Assembly: GCA_963619615.1 (NCBI GenBank)
Contig: CAVEXE010000005.1
Location: forward strand, 21,647-85,646
DNA: 64,000 bases
Direction: 5' to 3'
From: Senegalimassilia sp.
Lineage (GTDB): Bacteria > Actinomycetota > Actinomycetes > Actinomycetales > Bifidobacteriaceae
Shown here in pieces: positions 33,063 to 43,852 of this stretch (within the stretch, counting starts at the first letter, position 1; every line of letters begins with the position of its first letter). Below the pieces are notes generated by a model. The model was given only the letters and a program-made list of their open reading frames with translations. It was not told the origin of the DNA and did not search any database. Made by a program: the position numbers and the translations under genes.

Positions 33063-33860
33063 ATGACTGATGCCCTTTTTCTGCTTGATACGGAACATGA
33101 TGACGTACCTGTGAACAGTGACGAACTCAATGCCGGATGGAGACTGGCGTTGCCGTCTTCCGTGCGTCGGCACGCGATCCAGGCCATGCGACTCAAGGAA
33201 GGCGACGAAATGCAGCTTTCCGACGGAATGGGATTGCGCATCCACGTGGTGTTGCGTGACGCGCAGCAGGGCATCGCCGAAGTGCTGCGGTTCGGCAGGG
33301 AGCCCCAGCCGACCGTACGACTCGCATTGGTGCAGGCGCTGGCGAAGAACGGCCACGACGAGCAGGCGATCGATGTGGCCACGCAGATCGGCGTGGATGA
33401 GATAATCCCGTGGCAGTCCGACCGTTCCATCGCCAAATGGAAATCCGGACGCACCGACCGCAAGTGGACCCAGGTGCTGCAGGCCGCCACCGAGCAATCG
33501 CGCAGATCATGGACGCCGCGATTGGGTGAGTGCGTGACCAGCAAGCAGGTGGTGGCGATCTGCCGCCGCGCCTGTGTGCATGGCGACATGGTGATCGTGC
33601 TGCATCAGGATGCCACGAAAACGTGGGACCAGTTGGAGTCCGACATTGCCGGTCTTTCCGACAGATGCCTCGAAGACGGGCGTGTGCGGACCATATACGT
33701 GGTGGTCGGACCCGAAGGCGGCATCAGCGACTCGGAGGTGGAATCCTTCACCGATGCGGGCGCGCAGGTCTGTGTGCTGGGAACGAACATTCTGCGCGCA
33801 TCCACCGCCGGACCCGTGGCGTTGTCGCTGCTTTCCCGCGCATTGGGCCGTTACGCCTGA
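33063..33860 (+). CDS. rsmE: 16S rRNA m3U1498 methyltransferase
   Basis: HAIQAMRL, ATQIGVD, ATEQSRR, VGPEGG, LGTNILRASTA. Confidence 0.93.
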   Translation: MTDALFLLDTEHDDVPVNSDELNAGWRLALPSSVRRHAIQAMRLKEGDEMQLSDGMGLRIHVVLRDAQQGIAEVLRFGREPQPTVRLALVQALAKNGHDEQAIDVATQIGVDEIIPWQSDRSIAKWKSGRTDRKWTQVLQAATEQSRRSWTPRLGECVTSKQVVAICRRACVHGDMVIVLHQDATKTWDQLESDIAGLSDRCLEDGRVRTIYVVVGPEGGISDSEVESFTDAGAQVCVLGTNILRASTAGPVALSLLSRALGRYA

Positions 33861-33942
33861 CGACATGGCGATCCAATACGGGTAATTATCCCGGTTGGGC
33901 AATAGCATGGTAGGGAACGTTTCCCAGCATAGAAGGAGCATC

Positions 33943-34278
33943 ATGAGCGACCAGGATTGCCTGTTCTGCAAGATCATCGCCGGCGAGATTCCGAGCGAGA
34001 AGGTGTATGAGGACGATACCACCTATGCGTTCAAGGACATCAATCCGAAAGCCAAGGTGCATGTGCTGGTCGTGCCGCGCGACCACTACGGCAACGTATC
34101 CGAACTCGCGGCGGCCGATCCCGTGCAACTCGCCCACATGTCCCAGGTCGCGCAGAAGATCGCCGACGACGAATTCAACGGAGCGTTCCGCCTGATCTTC
34201 AACACCGGACTCGACGCGGGACAGACCGTGTTCCACGTGCACGCGCACGTGCTTACCGGCGAGAAGCTCGACGAGTAA
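33943..34278 (+). CDS. HIT family nucleotide-binding protein
   Basis: CLFCKI, DINPKA, GQTVFHVHAH histidine triad; RBS AAGGAG. Confidence 0.93.
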   Translation: MSDQDCLFCKIIAGEIPSEKVYEDDTTYAFKDINPKAKVHVLVVPRDHYGNVSELAAADPVQLAHMSQVAQKIADDEFNGAFRLIFNTGLDAGQTVFHVHAHVLTGEKLDE

Positions 34279-34345
34279 CTGGACGGACTCGCATCCGACA
34301 CGCATTTCGACATATTCGAATATCTCGATTACCAGAAGAGGTTTT

Positions 34346-35518
34346 GTGGCCACCACAACACGTACCATCGCCATCCCGCAGCAACTTGACCCGGTAGCCG
34401 TTCTCGGACCCGTGGACGAAGTGCTCAGAGAAGTGGAACGGGCGTTCCCCGACCTGACCATCATCGTCAGAGGCAACCGCATCGCGATCATGTCTCGTTC
34501 CAGCAAATCCGAATCGCAGGCGGCACAGGCCGAACATGTGATCGCCGACATCATCCAGGCCGCGTACACCGCGCCGATGGACGCCGATACGGTACGACGC
34601 ATGCTGGAACAGAACGTGCTGAAGAACAGCGTGAGGGCCACCAGACCCGGACATGGACGGATCGTGGAGGAACTGCGGATCGCCGACCAACAGCAATCCT
34701 CCGTGGCCAATCGGGAAGCGAAGGCGGACCGTCGCAAGCCGCATGTGCCCGGAGTCATCACGTTCGCCCTCGGAAAACCGGTACGCGCGAAAACCGCAGG
34801 ACAGATCGCGTACATCAACGCCATCGAGTCGCACACGATCACCTTCGCAATCGGCCCGGCGGGAACCGGAAAAACGTATCTCGCCGTGGCGAAAGCCGTG
34901 CGCGCGTTCCAAGACCACCAAGTACGACGCATCATCCTGACCAGACCCGCCGTTGAAGCGGGGGAGAACCTCGGATTCCTGCCCGGAACGCTGAACGAGA
35001 AGGTGGATCCGTATCTGCGACCGCTTTACGACGCGCTTTCCGACATGCTGGGAGCCGAACAGCTCAAACGATACATGGACGACGGCGATATCGAAGTGGC
35101 GCCCCTCGCATACATGCGAGGACGCACCCTCAACGACGCGTTCGTAATACTCGACGAAGCGCAGAACACCACGGAACAGCAGATGAAGATGTTCCTGACG
35201 CGCCTTGGATTCAATACCAAAATGATCATCACCGGCGACGTGACCCAGGTGGATCTGACCGTGCCGAGATCGGGACTGGCCACCATCGAACGCATTCTCG
35301 GCGGCATCGACGGCATAGCCTTCGCGCACCTGAACCCACAGGACGTGGTCCGTCACGAGCTGGTGGGCAAAATCGTGGCCGCCTACGACAAGCACGCGGC
35401 CATCGCGGGAGACCACAGCAGGCAGGCGCGCGGCAAAACCTCCGCCGTGAGCAACGAACAAGGTGCTGAACAGCCGGTCGCCGACGAACATCTTGAAAGG
35501 AACGCCGATGAGCGTTGA
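34346..35518 (+). CDS. phoH: PhoH family ATPase
   Basis: [41 protein letters not shown]. Confidence 0.94.
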   Translation: MATTTRTIAIPQQLDPVAVLGPVDEVLREVERAFPDLTIIVRGNRIAIMSRSSKSESQAAQAEHVIADIIQAAYTAPMDADTVRRMLEQNVLKNSVRATRPGHGRIVEELRIADQQQSSVANREAKADRRKPHVPGVITFALGKPVRAKTAGQIAYINAIESHTITFAIGPAGTGKTYLAVAKAVRAFQDHQVRRIILTRPAVEAGENLGFLPGTLNEKVDPYLRPLYDALSDMLGAEQLKRYMDDGDIEVAPLAYMRGRTLNDAFVILDEAQNTTEQQMKMFLTRLGFNTKMIITGDVTQVDLTVPRSGLATIERILGGIDGIAFAHLNPQDVVRHELVGKIVAAYDKHAAIAGDHSRQARGKTSAVSNEQGAEQPVADEHLERNADER

Positions 35519-36053
35519 AGTGACCAATGAAACCGCTTGGCAGATCGACGCCAAGATATTCTCCGACCTCGGCATATGGGTCATGGACCAGATGCGCGTA
35601 AGCACGCAATCCGACCTGACCATCATGTTCGTGGATCCGGACCCGATCGCACAACTGCACATGCGTTGGATGAACCTTGAAGGACCGACCGACGTGATGA
35701 GCTTCCCCATGGACGAACTACGCCCCGGAGACGGACGCACCGTCATGGAAGGCGTGCTCGGAGACATCGTGATCTGCCCATGGGTGGCCGCACAGCAGGC
35801 GCTCGCGGCCGGACACAGCACCATGGAGGAAATGATGCTGCTGACCATCCACGGAACACTGCACCTACTCGGATACGACCATGTGACACCCGAACAGGAA
35901 CGGCAGATGTTCGGGCTGCAACGCCAACTGTTGCTCACCTTCTTCGCATTGAGGCAGGGCGCGCAGGCGCAGGCAGTGCTGCCGGCAGGCACGACGGACG
36001 CGCTCGCCGAGTGGGACCGCGAGCACGGTTCCGGACGTCAGATCGCCAAATAA
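35508..36053 (+). CDS. ybeY: rRNA maturation endoribonuclease YbeY
   Basis: [25 protein letters not shown]. Confidence 0.94.
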   Translation: MSVEVTNETAWQIDAKIFSDLGIWVMDQMRVSTQSDLTIMFVDPDPIAQLHMRWMNLEGPTDVMSFPMDELRPGDGRTVMEGVLGDIVICPWVAAQQALAAGHSTMEEMMLLTIHGTLHLLGYDHVTPEQERQMFGLQRQLLLTFFALRQGAQAQAVLPAGTTDALAEWDREHGSGRQIAK

Positions 36054-36073
36054 GCATTGAAAACGGGGAACGT

Positions 36074-37498
36074 ATGACAATGGCAACGACTATTGCGATG
36101 ATTGTGGTGCTGGGCGTCGTGGCGTTGCTGCTGGTCTGGCTCTCGCTGTCGATGGCGGCCACGGAAGGCGCGGTCGGCCGCGTGACGAGGGCGAGCCTGA
36201 ACAATCTCATTCTCGAAATCCAAACGGATTCGGAAATCTCGCAGTTCATACGTGAGAAGAAGATCAAGCGCATCCATAACGTACAGAAACTGGTGGCCGA
36301 TCGTTATGCGACGGCGGGATCCTGTGCGTTCTTCCGTATTACCTGCAATGTACTCGACGGCGTGCTGGTGGCTGCGATCGTGGCGCTGTTCGAGGCTCCG
36401 CTGTGGGCGGAACTACTCGTCGGATTCGTTTTCGCGCTGGTGGTGGCGGTGGTCTCCCTGATGGTGCGGCCAAGAAGCGCCGGTGCGGCCAAACCGGTCG
36501 ACATCATGTTGCAGCATGCCAATGCGGTTGCGGTTGCGGTGGCGATGACTCCGTTCGCGAAGATCGGGAGCCAAAAGGATTCCAAACGTCATGGCGGCGA
36601 TCTGTCGGACGATGAGGAATTGGAGAAGATCCAGCTTGAACAGGGACGCGCCGCCATCGACCGTCTCGTCGAAACGAACGATTTCGATCCGGAGGTCTCC
36701 GAAATGCTGCGCAGCGTGCTCACGCTGTCGGACACCCTGACGAGGGAGATCATGGTGCCGCGCACCGACATGATCTGCATCGAACGCGATGAGACGTTGG
36801 AGAACATGCTGAAGCTGTGCTCCCGTTCCGGATTCTCCCGCGTTCCCGTCATCGGGGATGACGTGGACGATCTGGTGGGCGTTGCCTATCTGAAGGACGC
36901 TGTCCGTTCCACCGCGTTCAACCCGGCAGCACTGACACGCGAAGTCGAGTCGGTGGTGCGCGATCCGATGCTCGTCCCGGAATCCAAACCGGTCGACGAT
37001 CTGTTCCACCAGATGCAACGCACCCGCCAGCATGTGGCGATCGTCGTGGATGAATACGGTGGCATCGCCGGCATGGTGACCATCGAGGACGCCATAGAGC
37101 AGATCGTCGGCGAACTCGAGGACGAACACGACCGCACCCAGCATGCCGATCCCGAACGAATCGGCGAGAAGAAGTGGAGTCTGCCAGCCCGCACTCCGAT
37201 CGCCGATTTGGAGGAGATCTTCGAAATCGACATCGACGAAGACGACGTGGACACCATCTACGGATTGCTCACCAAACTGCTCGGCAGGGTTCCGATCGTC
37301 GGATCCAGCGCGGTGACCCGGGGACTGCGTATGACCGCGGTCGATTCCGCAGGGCGCAGAAAGAAGGTCTCCACCATCGTGGTGGAACCGGCCCACGTCG
37401 AGGGCGTGGACGAAACTGAAACACAGCAAGAAGACCATAACGACGGCGCCGAACAGACGCCTGACCATGACAAGGATTCCAAAGACAAGCATGACTGA
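36074..37498 (+). CDS. HlyC/CorC family (CNNM + CBS + CorC) membrane protein
   Basis: N-terminal TMs, REIMVPR, FSRVPV, VDEYGG.AG.VTIED..EQIVGE. Confidence 0.9.
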   Translation: MTMATTIAMIVVLGVVALLLVWLSLSMAATEGAVGRVTRASLNNLILEIQTDSEISQFIREKKIKRIHNVQKLVADRYATAGSCAFFRITCNVLDGVLVAAIVALFEAPLWAELLVGFVFALVVAVVSLMVRPRSAGAAKPVDIMLQHANAVAVAVAMTPFAKIGSQKDSKRHGGDLSDDEELEKIQLEQGRAAIDRLVETNDFDPEVSEMLRSVLTLSDTLTREIMVPRTDMICIERDETLENMLKLCSRSGFSRVPVIGDDVDDLVGVAYLKDAVRSTAFNPAALTREVESVVRDPMLVPESKPVDDLFHQMQRTRQHVAIVVDEYGGIAGMVTIEDAIEQIVGELEDEHDRTQHADPERIGEKKWSLPARTPIADLEEIFEIDIDEDDVDTIYGLLTKLLGRVPIVGSSAVTRGLRMTAVDSAGRRKKVSTIVVEPAHVEGVDETETQQEDHNDGAEQTPDHDKDSKDKHD

Positions 37499-38489
37499 TG
37501 CAGACATGAACCAGACGACATCCGAACATTCCGATTCCGTGGCACCCGTTGCGTATCGTTCTGGATTCGTTGCCGTGGTGGGCCGCCCGAATGTAGGCAA
37601 ATCCACGTTGATCAACGCGTTGATCGGCACGCAGGTGGCCATCGCGTCCTCCCGTCCGGAAACCACCCGTAAAGCCATCCGAGGCATTCTCACCACCGAG
37701 AACGCGCAGATCGTGTTGGTGGACACTCCCGGCATTCACCGCCCGCGTACGTTGCTGGGACAGCGTCTGAACGATGTCGTGGACGAATCGCTGTCCGATG
37801 TGGACGCGATCGCGTTCCTGCTTCCGGGAGATCAGGAAATCGGCCCGGGAGACAAGCGCATACTGAGCCGTTTGCGTTCGGAATTCGCGGTCAAGCGTGA
37901 TGATGGCACGTTCAAGTGGAAGGTGCCGCTCATCGCGGTCGTCACGAAGATCGACGAACTGAGCCGTAGCGGCCTAATCGACAAACTCATCGAAATCAAC
38001 GAATTCGCCGACTTCACCGACATCGTCCCCGTCAGCGCGTTGAAGCACGACAATCTGTCGGAGGTCCGCAACGTCCTGATCGAGAACATGCCCGAAGGCC
38101 CGCAGATGTACCCTGCCGAGCAGATCACCGAGGAACGTCCGGAAGAGACCATCGCGGAACTCGTGCGTGGCGCATTCCTGGAGGAATTGGACGATGAGCT
38201 GCCTCACTCGCTGGCGGTCGTGGTCGACTCCATCGAATATCCGGAAGACAACGAAAGCGGCCAGTCGTATGATGGCAAGGCGCATGTGATCGTCTCCATT
38301 TACGTGGAACGCGATTCACAGAAGCCCATCATCATCGGTAGGGGAGCGGAGCATCTCGTTCGCGTCAAGAAGAAACTGCGCACCGCGGTGAACCGCATCG
38401 TCGGGCAGAAAGCGAAGCTTGACCTGCATGTCAAAGTCGCCAAGGGATGGCAGTCCGATCCCAAGCAGCTGGAGAAGCTGGGATTCTGA
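37491..38489 (+). CDS. era: GTPase Era
   Basis: GRPNVGKSTL, PETTR, DTPG, TKID, KH domain ERDSQKPIIIG. Confidence 0.96.
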   Translation: MTDADMNQTTSEHSDSVAPVAYRSGFVAVVGRPNVGKSTLINALIGTQVAIASSRPETTRKAIRGILTTENAQIVLVDTPGIHRPRTLLGQRLNDVVDESLSDVDAIAFLLPGDQEIGPGDKRILSRLRSEFAVKRDDGTFKWKVPLIAVVTKIDELSRSGLIDKLIEINEFADFTDIVPVSALKHDNLSEVRNVLIENMPEGPQMYPAEQITEERPEETIAELVRGAFLEELDDELPHSLAVVVDSIEYPEDNESGQSYDGKAHVIVSIYVERDSQKPIIIGRGAEHLVRVKKKLRTAVNRIVGQKAKLDLHVKVAKGWQSDPKQLEKLGF

Positions 38490-38506
38490 ACTTCCCCGAT
38501 CCAATG

Positions 38507-38551
38507 ACAATGGCCGTTCCCACGTGATGATTGCGTGGGAACGGCCATTGT
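38507..38551. terminator. bidirectional terminator between era and fadD
   Basis: ACAATGGCCGTTCCCACG ... CGTGGGAACGGCCATTGT. Confidence 0.78.
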
Positions 38552-38583
38552 ATTAGACCCTCATCGCTGCTTTCGCGCGGGGC

Positions 38584-40620
38584 TTACTTCTTCTTTGTGT
38601 ACATCTGCGTGTTCAGCAGAGTGGAGTAACGCTGGATGACCTTCGGACGGATTACCTTCATGGATGCGGTCATCAAGCCGTTTTCCTGGGTGAACTCTTC
38701 CGGAAGAATGATGAACTTACGGACGGATTCGGCACGGGAGACGCCTTCATTGGCCTGATCCACCCACTTCTGCACCTCGGCACGCACCGCGGCGTTCCCG
38801 GCAGCCTCGTCCAAAGGCATGTCGCGATTCAATCCCTTGGCCGCCAACCACGGACGCAACGCATCCTCGTCAAGCGTTACCAAAGCGGAAATGAACGGAC
38901 GCTTGTCTCCGAGGACCAGGGCCTGCGAGACAAATTCGCAACGCTTGATGACTTCCTCGATGGGACCGGGGGAAACGTTCTTGCCACCTGCCGTGATGAT
39001 GAGATCCTTCTTCCTGCCGATGATATACAGGAAGCCTTCATCGTCGATTCGTCCCAGATCGCCGGTCTTGTACCAGCCATCCTCAGTGAACGAATCCTCG
39101 GAAGCCTCTTCGTTCTTATGGTACTTCGGGAACACTGCGGTGCCTTTGACCTGAATCTCGCCATCCTGCGCGATACGCAGTTCGAATCCGGGGAACGCGA
39201 CGCCCACGGAACCCTGATGGTACGGCACTCCAAGCGGGTTGAATGCGCATGGCGCGGTGGTCTCGGTTAGGCCGTACCCCTCATACACCGGAACGTTCGC
39301 GCCGCGGAAGAACGCCATGAGTTCCGGATCGAGCGGCGCTCCGCCGGCCACGATCCACTTGGCGCGTCCGCCCAGTACCTCGCGCAGCGAGGAGTAGACG
39401 ACCGGGTCGAACGCCGCGCGGCGGGCCTTCGTGATTGCACTCGCCTTGCCCTTGGCGCTGATCTCCTTCATATAGTTCTGCGCTGCCACCACGGCTGCCG
39501 CGAACGCCACGCCCTTTGCTCCATGACCGGCCTTCTGGGAAGCCGCGTTATAGACCTTCTCAAGAACACGGGGAACCACGATCATGATGGTCGGCTTGGC
39601 CACCTGCAGATCGGAAATGAGGGTCTTGATGCCCTGGGCGATGTAGATGCGCATCTCGCTGGCCACGCAAATATAGTTGATGGCCCTCGCAAAAGAGTGC
39701 GCCTGCGGCAGGAACAGCAACACGGTGTGGGACTTCTCATGCAGCAGCTGCGGCATGTACTCGGGCAGATTCAACGCGGTGGTGCAGTAGTGCTCGTGCG
39801 TCATCTCCACGCCCTTCGGCGCAGCGGTGGAACCGGACGTGTACACGATGGAGCACAGGTCGGTCTTTTTGACCGATGCGATGCGCGCGTCGAGGTCCTC
39901 ATCGCTTACGCCGGAACCGTACGCCTGAATCTCATCCAAACCGCCGTTCTCGAAGCAGATGATATGCTCCAGCGTCGGACAGTCCGATTCCGCGCCGTCC
40001 GCTTTGGCCTGCATATCCTTGGTCTCGACGACAAGCAGACGTGAATCGGAATTATTGACGATGTTGCGAATCTGTTCGGCGGAATCGGTGTCGTAGATCG
40101 TGGCCAGCACGCCGCCGCATGCCAGAACGGCGGCATCGAACACATTCCACTCATAGGACGTACGGCACATGAAGGCCACGCCGTCGCCCTTCTTCAGACC
40201 ATAATGCAACAGACCCTTCGCGGTCTTGCGGATATCGGCAAGCACTTCGTTGCCGGTTTTCGTGACCCATTCGCCGTTCTGCTTGAATGTGTAGAGCGGT
40301 TCGTCTCCCATGCGTTCGGCTCGGTCGGCGTAGATGTCGTAGAGGGTGGTGCTCTCGTCCAACGAAGGACGGCCTTGCGTACCGGTGGTCAGCAGGCCGG
40401 TCTGCGGGTCGAGGAAGGTGGTCGAAGGGAATTCCGGCCCCCACTCCTCGGTATGAGGAAGCTCGATATGCTCGTCGGGGGAGAGGAATGCGTCCGGATC
40501 GTTGTAATCCGGGGTGTTGCCGGAATCGTCGCTGACGGGATGGACGAAGTCACCTCCCAACCGCAGCGCCTTCTGCGCAAGATTGGCGGCTTGATTGTTC
40601 AAAGAGGTGAAGATAGACAC
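38584..40620 (-). CDS. fadD: long-chain-fatty-acid--CoA ligase (AMP-dependent synthetase)
   Basis: YTSGSTAAPKG, YEGYGLTET, WYKTGDLG, GRKKDLIITAGGKN; GTG 40620 after GGAG. Confidence 0.9.
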   Translation of the reverse strand: MSIFTSLNNQAANLAQKALRLGGDFVHPVSDDSGNTPDYNDPDAFLSPDEHIELPHTEEWGPEFPSTTFLDPQTGLLTTGTQGRPSLDESTTLYDIYADRAERMGDEPLYTFKQNGEWVTKTGNEVLADIRKTAKGLLHYGLKKGDGVAFMCRTSYEWNVFDAAVLACGGVLATIYDTDSAEQIRNIVNNSDSRLLVVETKDMQAKADGAESDCPTLEHIICFENGGLDEIQAYGSGVSDEDLDARIASVKKTDLCSIVYTSGSTAAPKGVEMTHEHYCTTALNLPEYMPQLLHEKSHTVLLFLPQAHSFARAINYICVASEMRIYIAQGIKTLISDLQVAKPTIMIVVPRVLEKVYNAASQKAGHGAKGVAFAAAVVAAQNYMKEISAKGKASAITKARRAAFDPVVYSSLREVLGGRAKWIVAGGAPLDPELMAFFRGANVPVYEGYGLTETTAPCAFNPLGVPYHQGSVGVAFPGFELRIAQDGEIQVKGTAVFPKYHKNEEASEDSFTEDGWYKTGDLGRIDDEGFLYIIGRKKDLIITAGGKNVSPGPIEEVIKRCEFVSQALVLGDKRPFISALVTLDEDALRPWLAAKGLNRDMPLDEAAGNAAVRAEVQKWVDQANEGVSRAESVRKFIILPEEFTQENGLMTASMKVIRPKVIQRYSTLLNTQMYTKKK

Positions 40621-40827
40621 GTGACACTCCCACAGGTATGAAAACAAGGTATCTGAGTAGGAATGATAGACCACCGAGCGCGACACGTCACCTTACGGTA
40701 GCGTAGGGAAGAGGCGCCTGCTCGACTCAATAGATGAACGTTTCTCCTGTGAAAGGTGTGACCTACGTTACACTGGTTCGCTGTATCTGTTCATTAGATT
40801 TTCTTTGAAGAGGAAGAAAGGGCACCT

Positions 40828-41973
40828 ATGGCTGAAACAGCTGAAGCCACCGTGGTCTTCGGAGTTCTCAACGAGACGTCCGAACACGAGTCCCGCGTTG
40901 CTCTGACACCGGATATCGTAACGAGATTGCGTAAATCGGGTGTTAACTGCCTGATCGAGTCCGGTGCGGGTGTGGCGTCGCACTATGTTGATGAGGCTTA
41001 CGTCAAGGCCGGAGCGCAGGTCGTTTCCGCGGACGATGTGATCGCGCGCGCCGACGCGCTCGGTTTCGTCGATCGTCCGAGCGATGCACTGCTTGCCAAG
41101 GTCAAGCGGGGAACCTGGATTATCGGTATGCTCGGTTCGTTCACCGATGCCGGCTACGTGGCCGCTCTCGAAAAGGCGGGACTGGTCGGTGTGGCGATGG
41201 AGAAGCTGCCGCGTCAGTTGAGCTCCGCCCAATCCATGGACGAGATGACGTCCCAGAATTCCGTGATGGGCTACAAGGCGGCCATCGTGGCGGCCGACGC
41301 CTACGGTTCCTTCCTGCCGATGATGACCACCGCCGCCGGTACGATCCGACCGGCGAAGGTGCTCATCCTCGGTGCCGGCATCGCAGGCCTTCAGGCGATC
41401 GGCACGGCGAAGCGCCTGGGTGCCGTCGTCACCGCATACGACGTCCGTCCGGCATCCAAGGGAGAAGTCGAATCCCTGGGCGCCAAGTTCCTGGATCTTG
41501 GACTCGACTTCTCCAAGGGACAGGGCGAAGGCGGCTATGCACGTGCGCTGAGCGCCGAAGAACAGGCTCAGCAGCAGGCCGCGGTCGACAAGAAGGCCGC
41601 CGAATTCGATATCGTCATCACCACAGCCAAGGTTCCGGGACGCAAGCCTCCGGTCCTGCTGACCAGCGCAGGCGTGGCCGGACTGCATCGTGGCGCGGTG
41701 ATCGTGGACTGCGCGGCCAGCGACCTCGGTGGCAACGTCGAAGGCTCCGCCATCGGCACCCAGGTGACCGAAAACGGCGTGACCATCATCGGCGCTCCAT
41801 ACCTGGCCAGTGGCGTGTCCACGACCGCATCCAACCTCCTCAGCCGTAACGTGGCCGATGTGCTCGCGCATTTCGTGCGTGATGGCAAACTTGCCGTCGA
41901 CCTGAACGAGGAGCTCGATAACGCCATGGTCGTGGCCGGCCGTGGCGAAGAAGCCAAGAAGGAAGAGAAGTAA
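40828..41973 (+). CDS. pntA: NAD(P) transhydrogenase subunit alpha part 1 (domain I)
   Basis: ESRVALTP, GYKAA, GAGIAGLQAI, YDVR, EGGYA, GGNVE. Confidence 0.93.
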   Translation: MAETAEATVVFGVLNETSEHESRVALTPDIVTRLRKSGVNCLIESGAGVASHYVDEAYVKAGAQVVSADDVIARADALGFVDRPSDALLAKVKRGTWIIGMLGSFTDAGYVAALEKAGLVGVAMEKLPRQLSSAQSMDEMTSQNSVMGYKAAIVAADAYGSFLPMMTTAAGTIRPAKVLILGAGIAGLQAIGTAKRLGAVVTAYDVRPASKGEVESLGAKFLDLGLDFSKGQGEGGYARALSAEEQAQQQAAVDKKAAEFDIVITTAKVPGRKPPVLLTSAGVAGLHRGAVIVDCAASDLGGNVEGSAIGTQVTENGVTIIGAPYLASGVSTTASNLLSRNVADVLAHFVRDGKLAVDLNEELDNAMVVAGRGEEAKKEEK

Positions 41974-41976
41974 GCA

Positions 41977-42282
41977 ATGGATATCGTCGTTGCCATCACA
42001 CTGTTCGTCCTCGCGCTGCTCATCGGCGTCGAGGTCATCGGCAAGGTGCCAGCCACCCTGCATACCCCGCTGATGTCGGGCGCGAACTCCATCCACGGCA
42101 TCGTCATCGCCGGCGTGGTAATCGTCGCCGCGCATGCCACCAGCCCCCTCGCATGGGTGTTCATTTTCCTGGCTGCCGTTCTGGGCACCATGAATGTTGT
42201 CGGCGGCTATGTGGTGACCGACCGCATGCTGGAAATGTTCAAGTCCGACAAGGGCAAGAAGAAGGAAGAGGAGGCCAAGTAA
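41977..42282 (+). CDS. pntA: NAD(P) transhydrogenase subunit alpha part 2 (membrane)
   Basis: LHTPLMSGANSIHG, NVVGGYVVTDRML. Confidence 0.92.
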   Translation: MDIVVAITLFVLALLIGVEVIGKVPATLHTPLMSGANSIHGIVIAGVVIVAAHATSPLAWVFIFLAAVLGTMNVVGGYVVTDRMLEMFKSDKGKKKEEEAK

Positions 42283-43728
42283 ATGGGTACCCTGGCCGAA
42301 ATGCTGAGCACTCCGCTCGGCGTCGTCGAATGGTTCGTCTATCTGCTGGCCGCGGTCATGTTCGTCGTCGGTCTGCATTTGATGAACTCTCCGAAGACCG
42401 CACGCAAGGGCAATACGGTCTCCGCCATCGGCATGGTGATGGCCGTGGCGATGGCCTTCATCGTGTTGTTCGCGGAAGAGGTCTCCAACGGTTTCCAGCA
42501 TGCCGTGGCCGTCGTGCTGCTGATCGTCGGCATCGCCATCGGTGCCGTCGCGGGCGTGGTCTCCGCCAAGAAGGTGCAGATGACCGATATGCCGCAGCTG
42601 GTCTCCGTGTTCAACACTGTGGGCGGCGGTGCGGCCGCGCTTGTGGCGTTGAACGACATCCTGACCTCCGACGGCACGCCGTCCCTGGTGGTGCTGATCA
42701 CCGCGGGATTGGGCATCGTCATCGGCTCCGTCACCTTCTCCGGCTCCCTCATCGCCGCGGGCAAGCTGCAGGGCATCAAGTTCATCAAGAATCTTTCCCT
42801 GCCCGGCAAGAACATCTGGAACGTCGCGTTCATCGTGCTGACCGTCGCATCGTTCGTCATGCTGTGCGTGCAGCCGGAGCAGCGTCTTCTGTGGTCGATT
42901 CTCTCCACCGTGTTCGCACTTGGTTACGGTCTCGTCTTCGTCATTCCGATCGGTGGCGCGGACATGCCCGTCGTCATCTCCGTGCTTAACGCATGCACCG
43001 GCACCGCAGTGGCCATGTCCGGCCTGGCGATCAACAACATCGCGCTGATTGTGGCAGGCGCGCTCGTCGGCGCGGCCGGCGTGACCCTGTCCATCGCCAT
43101 GTCCAAGGCCATGAACCGACCGCTGCTGTCCGTGCTTGCGGGCGGCTTCGGCGGATCCAACTCCGCTGCGGGCGCGGGCGAAGGACCGGAAGGTACGATG
43201 AAGGAAACCTCCGCCGACGATCTGGCGGTGCAGCTGGTCTATGCCGAAAAGGTCATTTTCGTTCCTGGCTTCGGCCTTGCCCAGGCGCAGGCCCAGCGTG
43301 AACTCGCCGACCTTGGCGAACTGCTCAAGGGTCATGGCGTCGAGGTCTCCTACGCCATCCACCCGGTGGCAGGTCGTATGCCGGGCCATATGAACGTGCT
43401 GCTTGCGGAAGCCAACGTGCCGTACGAGGAACTCGTGGACCTCGACGATATCAACCCGCAGTTCCCCCAGGCCAACGTGGCACTTGTGGTCGGCGCGAAC
43501 GATGTGACCAATCCGGCCGCGCGCAAGCCGGGCACTCCGGTTTCCGGCATGCCGATCCTCGATGTCGACAAGTCGCAGAACGTGGTGGTCATGAAGCGTG
43601 GCCGTGGTACCGGCTATGCGGGCATTCAGAACGAACTGTACTTCGAAGACAACACGCAGATGCTTTTCGGAGACGCGAAGTCCAGCCTGCAGGGCGTCAT
43701 CGCGGCGGTCAAGGAGCTGATCGACTAA
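42283..43728 (+). CDS. pntB: NAD(P) transhydrogenase subunit beta
   Basis: MPQLVS, IGGADMPVVIS.LN, AMNR, HPVAGRMPGHMNVLLAEA, GANDVTNP, GDAK. Confidence 0.96.
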   Translation: MGTLAEMLSTPLGVVEWFVYLLAAVMFVVGLHLMNSPKTARKGNTVSAIGMVMAVAMAFIVLFAEEVSNGFQHAVAVVLLIVGIAIGAVAGVVSAKKVQMTDMPQLVSVFNTVGGGAAALVALNDILTSDGTPSLVVLITAGLGIVIGSVTFSGSLIAAGKLQGIKFIKNLSLPGKNIWNVAFIVLTVASFVMLCVQPEQRLLWSILSTVFALGYGLVFVIPIGGADMPVVISVLNACTGTAVAMSGLAINNIALIVAGALVGAAGVTLSIAMSKAMNRPLLSVLAGGFGGSNSAAGAGEGPEGTMKETSADDLAVQLVYAEKVIFVPGFGLAQAQAQRELADLGELLKGHGVEVSYAIHPVAGRMPGHMNVLLAEANVPYEELVDLDDINPQFPQANVALVVGANDVTNPAARKPGTPVSGMPILDVDKSQNVVVMKRGRGTGYAGIQNELYFEDNTQMLFGDAKSSLQGVIAAVKELID

Positions 43729-43777
43729 GCGTGCCATCCCATGGCGCGGCCCTGTCTGAGGCATCGTCGAAAAGCGG

Positions 43778-43808
43778 AAAAGTCCTTCCTTCGGGAAGGG
43801 CTTTTTTA
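43778..43808 (+). terminator. intrinsic terminator after pntB
   Basis: AAAAGTCCTTCC-TTCG-GGAAGGGCTTTTTT, UUCG loop and U tract. Confidence 0.85.
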
Positions 43809-43852
43809 TTTCTTCCTTCTTCGGCAAACGGAATCATTGGATGACCGCAAAG

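Noticed and set aside
40828..42282. Split pntA as a frameshift or pseudogene
   Set aside because: Three-subunit transhydrogenases are established; the break is at the normal domain boundary with a clean stop and restart.
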